IMG/VR virus record: IMGVR_UViG_3300020472_003601
From: an uncultured virus (IMG/VR IMGVR_UViG_3300020472_003601)
Taxonomy: Duplodnaviria > Heunggongvirae > Uroviricota > Caudoviricetes
DNA: 64,000 bases
Strand: one strand, 5' to 3'
The position numbers and the translations under genes are program-made. Shown here piece by piece: positions 59,282 to 64,000 of the stretch. Position 1 is the stretch's first letter. Each line of letters begins with the position of its first letter. The notes beneath the pieces are model-generated. The model ran no database searches and was not told where the DNA came from. It saw only the letters and a list, made by a program, of their open reading frames with translations.

Positions 59282-60147
59282 TTATTTTTCCTATTAGCAT
59301 ACACGCTCTCAATTCCTTCTTCTATTGAAGTTCGACTTTGGCTGATGCCGGCAGCTGTAATTTTACTATTATCACTACATGTATACTTTTGGTATTTACC
59401 CGCTAGATGATTGGGAAACGGTATTTTGGTAATTTTAGCATTTGTAATCCTCGACACATGTTGGGCTACCTCCATGAAAGATGTAGCTATTCCCGAACCT
59501 ACATTGTATATCCCGGGTTTCTCGCTTTTAGCAATTGCAAGAGTGATATCAACAATATCTCGCACATAAACAAAATCACGATAAAAGTCTTCGCTACCTT
59601 CGAACACCCTTATCACTCCATTTTGTTTAGATTGTTCAAAAAATTTGTGCACTGGGCTAGCCATATCTTGCTTGTGTTCTTCATTTTCTCCGTACACATT
59701 GAAATATCTTAAACCATATACCTTTGCTGTAGGGTTGTCTTTTATTTTTTGGGCAACAAACTGATCGAAAGATGTCTTACTAATTGCATAATAATTTAAA
59801 GGAGTTAGGTGAGTATCTTCTCTGAAGCCGTGTTCACCCAAACCATAAACCGAGGCTGAAGAGGCATAGACTATGGGCACATTGTTAGCAATACAGTATT
59901 CTAGCAACTGAGAACTAAACAAAATATTATGCATAGATATCTGCGATGTATTTGTCTCAGTCGTTGACGAGATAGCCCCCAAGTGATATATCACAGATGG
60001 TCGATTCGTCTTTAAAAGAGTCAGCAGTGCGTCTGGGCGTAGTACATTTGTCCCGCGAACATCACAGCACACCACTTCTTCGTCAGTGTTGATAGCCTTA
60101 AGCAAATGAGAACCTATGAAGCCACTTGTTCCGGTAGTTACAATCAT
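59278..60147 (-). CDS. hldD: ADP-L-glycero-D-manno-heptose 6-epimerase
   Basis: GTSGFIGS, HLGAISSTTE, YASSASVYG, PLNYYAISK, LRYFNVYG..E.HK..MAS, RDFVYV and GKYQKYT. Confidence 0.88.
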   Translation of the reverse strand: MIVTTGTSGFIGSHLLKAINTDEEVVCCDVRGTNVLRPDALLTLLKTNRPSVIYHLGAISSTTETNTSQISMHNILFSSQLLEYCIANNVPIVYASSASVYGLGEHGFREDTHLTPLNYYAISKTSFDQFVAQKIKDNPTAKVYGLRYFNVYGENEEHKQDMASPVHKFFEQSKQNGVIRVFEGSEDFYRDFVYVRDIVDITLAIAKSEKPGIYNVGSGIATSFMEVAQHVSRITNAKITKIPFPNHLAGKYQKYTCSDNSKITAAGISQSRTSIEEGIESVYANRKNK

Positions 60148-60148
60148 T

Positions 60149-60889
60149 TTATAAACTTAACCACCTTTTGTCCCATGTGGGGGATTCAGTATAAGATACG
60201 CCCGGAGGTAACCCTTCTCTTCGAAGAAGAAATTTTGGAGTGTTCGGAAAATGTTCTTGGCAGACATTGTCGATAAAACAATGTACTGAGCTTTCTGTGC
60301 AATATATTTCTTTCGCCTCCTTTATGATCAAAAACCAGTCGGGGATCTGATAATCTTCTACGATATCCATCGTTACCACCGATCGGTTTTTAATTTCTGG
60401 CATTGGTGCCACATGACCTTTTGAACTCTTTACGTGGCAAAAAATGTAATCTCCCAAATCTCCTACTATTTTGTTATACAATTCTTTCTCTCTATATTCG
60501 ACTCTTTTCCAATCTAATTTGTACTTCAAAGAAAAGGGGAGATTTGCCATTCTATATTTAGATCGTGCGGACGCAGATTTTTCATTAGCGCGCTGATCTG
60601 TGGCGTGTGGTCCTCGATCAGCCAAATTGAGAACTATATCGTATTTTTTTAAACTATACAATTTTAATATCTTATCCACATCTGATTTAAGCCAATCTGA
60701 GTGTATTTGAACCTCCGGGATTGTCTCATGGTTGATATACTCGAAATATCTGAATAAAGGTGAGTATTCTTCTCTAGATGGCCATGTTATGTCGTATCCA
60801 TTGTCATAGTAATATTTGGCAATAGGTGCGCACTCAATAATATCTCCGAAAGCGCCCGGCTGAATCACTAATGCTTGTTTTCTTTTCAT
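60149..60889 (-). CDS. Glycosyltransferase, GT9 (heptosyltransferase)-like
   Basis: N-terminal QPGAFGDII..API pattern, and adjacency to the ADP-heptose genes. Confidence 0.5.
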   Translation of the reverse strand: MKRKQALVIQPGAFGDIIECAPIAKYYYDNGYDITWPSREEYSPLFRYFEYINHETIPEVQIHSDWLKSDVDKILKLYSLKKYDIVLNLADRGPHATDQRANEKSASARSKYRMANLPFSLKYKLDWKRVEYREKELYNKIVGDLGDYIFCHVKSSKGHVAPMPEIKNRSVVTMDIVEDYQIPDWFLIIKEAKEIYCTESSVHCFIDNVCQEHFPNTPKFLLRREGLPPGVSYTESPTWDKRWLSL

Positions 60890-61767
60890 TAGATTTTTCC
60901 TTCAGTCTGCATCTTATCTATAAAGTTGAAAATGTTATATTTCGTATAATAAAGATTCTTGGCTTCTAATATATGCGGCAACCTACCCTCATAATCATCG
61001 TTATTGTAAACTTCTTTAATTTGAGAAACTGTTTGTGCGATATCACCGCTAAAATCAATTTCTATAAAAGACTTAGGCGGATAGATTTGGTGCACGTTGG
61101 TACACCCATAATATATTGGCGTTGTATTGCAGACAATCAAATCAAAGAATTTTTCCGTTAAATAATTATCATAGCTTGAGTTTTCTATAGCAATAGAATA
61201 TTCATACGGCACAATTGCGTCCGATTTATTGTAGGGACTGCCCTTATATCTCGGATCTGGGAGATTCCAGTTTCTTCCGTAGAAATGAATATCTAAATCG
61301 GTTTCCAAAAGCGCACTAAATAATTCGTGTCTTTTTATGTAATTATGTTTATGTCCGTAGTTTGAAGATATAATGGACATACGATGTGTTTTTTTGAATT
61401 CATTATTTAAGTAATAGTTGTGATAGTCTGTGGATTGAGTAAACATGAATAATGGATGTTCTATCACATTATCTCCCTCAAACATATTTTTATCCTGCGC
61501 TACTACAAATTTACAATATTTATCTAAATCTCTTTGCCAATTCGTTGACCACTCTGGCTCCAACAGAAATCCAATTGTTTTTTCTTTATCTTTAAAAAAA
61601 TGTCTATCTTCAGGTCGAATGCCACCTAAAACAATCAGATATTCATAATCATCTTTGGATAATTGAAACTTTTCATGGTCTGGGAAATTGCGGAAAGTAC
61701 GCATGCCAACATTAGGGTCATATATCTCATGCCAATTGGCGATTATCCAGATTTTTGTTTTAGACAT
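60889..61767 (-). CDS. Glycosyltransferase, GT10 (fucosyltransferase)-like
   Basis: YEYSIAIENS..DNYLTEKFFD.....TPIYYG. ATG at 61767 forms a TGATG overlap. Confidence 0.8.
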   Translation of the reverse strand: MSKTKIWIIANWHEIYDPNVGMRTFRNFPDHEKFQLSKDDYEYLIVLGGIRPEDRHFFKDKEKTIGFLLEPEWSTNWQRDLDKYCKFVVAQDKNMFEGDNVIEHPLFMFTQSTDYHNYYLNNEFKKTHRMSIISSNYGHKHNYIKRHELFSALLETDLDIHFYGRNWNLPDPRYKGSPYNKSDAIVPYEYSIAIENSSYDNYLTEKFFDLIVCNTTPIYYGCTNVHQIYPPKSFIEIDFSGDIAQTVSQIKEVYNNDDYEGRLPHILEAKNLYYTKYNIFNFIDKMQTEGKI

Positions 61768-62504
61768 CAATAGCCCTCCCGCAATGCCGATTTGAGACCC
61801 TCAAGCTCTTTATTATGTACCGCTGATACACTTCCGTGCTCAGTGATCGCTTTACCCCAATAAACATCTAAATCGAGTAACCTAAAGGCTATATTGAAAT
61901 ACCAGTCTATGGGCCAGTCGACTTTAAATGCATCCATATGCATGCAGAGTCTTTTCACTGCTGAAGCACGGTATAACACAGTGCACATTCCGTTCGTTAG
62001 AGTTCCGTTTTTCAAAACACTAAGGGGGGCGCTTGATGGATCCAATGGCCATGCTGTTGGATCTTTTTTGATGAATATATCCCTGTTATCTCCGATTCTC
62101 ATAGCAGCCTCACCCATAAACAAACAATCAAAAGATATATTCTCTTCATCACATTTTTGTAAAATACGCGTGACATACTCAAAAGGATCTTCCTTAAATA
62201 TGACATCATCCTCTAAAACTAGAATGTACTCATCATCTTGCATCTTGCTTATCTTTCGTAAAACATCTTTATATTTTAAACAAAGAGATATTTCGCCCGG
62301 GCTGGGAGAACGCGAGGTATTCTGTTTAAATTTTTCTATATTCAGAGCATCTCTGATATCAAATTCATCCATTATCTCTTGGTCATGACTCTCTTCAAAT
62401 TCTACATCTACGCGGTCAAGGTTCCATTTTTGTACCTCTGACATCATGTGCTTCTTTCTTTCGAGAAGTTTGGTATAGTGGACGACGAAAATCTTAGATA
62501 TCAC
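61767..62504 (-). CDS. Glycosyltransferase, GT25-like
   Basis: IFVVH....ERK, GEISLCL, ILVLEDDV and PIDW. Start set at GTG 62504 after GGAG. Confidence 0.75.
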   Translation of the reverse strand: MISKIFVVHYTKLLERKKHMMSEVQKWNLDRVDVEFEESHDQEIMDEFDIRDALNIEKFKQNTSRSPSPGEISLCLKYKDVLRKISKMQDDEYILVLEDDVIFKEDPFEYVTRILQKCDEENISFDCLFMGEAAMRIGDNRDIFIKKDPTAWPLDPSSAPLSVLKNGTLTNGMCTVLYRASAVKRLCMHMDAFKVDWPIDWYFNIAFRLLDLDVYWGKAITEHGSVSAVHNKELEGLKSALREGY

Positions 62505-63192
62505 TTTTTCTCCCAAAAACCCAAGTAACCACTGCGTATCGGGGATCATTTAAGCCCGGATTAATCATGGTATTATAGCTCGGCCATTCTAAGTCTTCAA
62601 ATAGTTTGGTCGTATATTCTTTGTTTCCCCATGCGCCAATAGACATAATTTCAAAACCAGCGGCTTCAGCGACACAACCAAGACCGGTCGGTGTAAATCC
62701 AGAATAGTGGTGATAAGGGGTCATGTGAGGGATGTTTATGACAGGTAAATTGGCATAAAAAATGCCTCCGGGGCGCAGATGATCGTGAATTTTCTTTAAG
62801 CACTTAATTGGATCATATAAATGTTCTAAAGTCTGATTAAGCATACAAAAATCATAATCAGACTGTGGAAGGTTTAGGTTGTGTAAGTCGTTATTAACGG
62901 GATCGCTCTCATAGTGTATAACGTGCTTGTCAGAATACTCAAGATATTCAAATTCTGGATCGCTGTCTCCGTTGAAGCAAAGAACCTTTTCAAAACTTAA
63001 ATTATTTTGTTGTAGAAATTCTTCAAACTCTAAAAGGGCAATAACACGAGGAAAATCTTTATTTTCCCACTTCCAATTCTTGATGTTCTTATGTAAAGGT
63101 AGTGGAACGTACTTATAGGCATCCATCGTATTGCTTAGTATGTGGTCTCGATAGATGCGCATGACATCAGAATTATTAAGATAATCTTTCAT
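62494..63192 (-). CDS. Class I SAM-dependent methyltransferase
   Basis: YDFCMLNQTLEHLYDP..CL..I...LRPGG. Confidence 0.8.
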   Translation of the reverse strand: MKDYLNNSDVMRIYRDHILSNTMDAYKYVPLPLHKNIKNWKWENKDFPRVIALLEFEEFLQQNNLSFEKVLCFNGDSDPEFEYLEYSDKHVIHYESDPVNNDLHNLNLPQSDYDFCMLNQTLEHLYDPIKCLKKIHDHLRPGGIFYANLPVINIPHMTPYHHYSGFTPTGLGCVAEAAGFEIMSIGAWGNKEYTTKLFEDLEWPSYNTMINPGLNDPRYAVVTWVFGRKSDI

Positions 63193-63976
63193 TTATGTAC
63201 TTCTCCCACCAACTAATTCTCATCATGTCTAGGTCGAACAGAGAATCTTCTACTTTTTCATAATATTCGTTTAATTTATTATAACTTAATTCAGACCAAT
63301 CGTCAATAAAATAAATTGGTAAATCACAAAAATCATTCATGTGAGTGCTTCTTTTCACAATAGGAATGGTCTTGAGATATAGAGCTTCCCAAGTTCGATG
63401 ACAATCAACTCCATTGCCACGGGGGGATATAACAAATTTGGAGGATGCCAGATCAAAATAAAACTTCTGCAAAGATAGTTTCTCGGTACATGTTATCCAT
63501 GATTGTGTGGATAACAAATCCCAAACCACGGAGCGCTCGCGAGGATATGTTTGAATATTAAAATTCATATAGGCTAGCGTATTTTTCTGTATCCCATAAG
63601 AGGCATATTTATCAATAAGATCGGCTTTCTGGAGAGCGCCGTTGACTTCGGAAGAATAAGCTCCGAAGCGGGCAGAGGCGTGGGTGCGTAGTTGCATATT
63701 TTCCAACCCTATAGGAATAGATTGAATGTTTTCTGCATCTATGTCTTTGTTTTGTGCTAACCATAAATTACACCTAGGTCCGAAAGGGTAAACATTTTTG
63801 TCTATATGGTAGTCGCTATTATGAGTGATAAAGACATCTTCGACTTTATCTTTGAATTCTGCGATATAATCAGTCTTGCAAAACGTGGCGTCGGTTCTTT
63901 CGCATATATCAATAAACCGATTGCCAGTGATATATTCTTCAATACCAATTGTATGTTCTAAAAATTTTTCTTTCAC
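63176..63976 (-). CDS. Exostosin/GT47-like glycosyltransferase
   Basis: IPIGLEN and KFVISPRGNGVDCHRTWEALYLKTIPIV. Confidence 0.7.
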   Translation of the reverse strand: MKEKFLEHTIGIEEYITGNRFIDICERTDATFCKTDYIAEFKDKVEDVFITHNSDYHIDKNVYPFGPRCNLWLAQNKDIDAENIQSIPIGLENMQLRTHASARFGAYSSEVNGALQKADLIDKYASYGIQKNTLAYMNFNIQTYPRERSVVWDLLSTQSWITCTEKLSLQKFYFDLASSKFVISPRGNGVDCHRTWEALYLKTIPIVKRSTHMNDFCDLPIYFIDDWSELSYNKLNEYYEKVEDSLFDLDMMRISWWEKYINERLS

Positions 63977-64000
63977 ATCATCAACGTATCGTATATCTTA
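63973..64000 (-). CDS. Probable 3' end of an upstream gene
   Basis: ...KIYDTLMM* ends in a GTGA overlap with the next start; too short to identify. Confidence 0.3.

Noticed and set aside
94..63118. Numerous + strand ORFs in the track
   Set aside because: All lie antisense to longer minus-strand genes with good motifs and coupled junctions, and none shows a recognisable protein motif.
1..64000. Alternative genetic code (stop-codon reassignment), as in some jumbo phages
   Set aside because: Genes up to 10 kb are uninterrupted in the standard code, and TAA, TAG and TGA all end genes at tight junctions.
1..64000. CRISPR array, tRNA/rRNA, intron, intein or transposase
   Set aside because: Intergenic gaps are under about 100 nt. 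I saw no periodic repeats, cloverleafs or insertion-sized interruptions by eye; covariance searches were not run.
51734..64000. Bacterial LPS/capsule locus joined to the phage (prophage boundary or chimera)
   Set aside because: It has the same strand, packing and RBS style, overlaps directly (ATGA) with phage-like small genes, shows no integrase or att site, and has compact phage-style enzyme versions.

Overview
This window is a 64-kb piece of a large, probably jumbo, tailed-phage genome with a contractile (myovirus-type) baseplate. Every credible gene (about 50) lies on the minus strand. Genes are tightly packed with ATGA/TAATG/TGATG overlaps and GGAG/GAGG ribosome-binding sites, and use the standard code; the + strand ORFs in the track are shadows. 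In transcription order (right to left) there are four blocks. (1) A glycan biosynthesis and modification island of at least 12 kb that runs off the right edge: GT47-, GT25-, GT10- and GT9-like transferases, the ADP-heptose enzymes HldD/HldC/HldA, a WavE-like protein, methyltransferases, a nucleotidyltransferase-HAD-phosphodiesterase triad, a sulfotransferase-like protein, a GDP-mannose 3,5-epimerase-like enzyme and a short nucleotide-sugar dehydrogenase. (2) A T4 gp55-like sigma factor with small genes. (3) A virion module of about 40 kb: two paralogous peptidoglycan hydrolases, a spike-like gene, a 2374-aa protein, gp25- and gp6-like baseplate genes, a 3503-aa LamG protein and several paralogous tail proteins. 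(4) A RuvC-like resolvase, a primase, an SbcD-SbcC fusion and a tubulin/FtsZ-family GTPase missing from the ORF track, interleaved with genes that share N-terminal leader motifs. The most notable signals are a strong enrichment of [S/T]-[G/A/S]-S tripeptides in a subset of virion proteins next to the glycosylation island, an exact 23-bp stop+RBS direct repeat bracketing one gene like an excisable cassette, and two interleaved promoter classes. All assignments come from motif recognition by eye; no searches were run.
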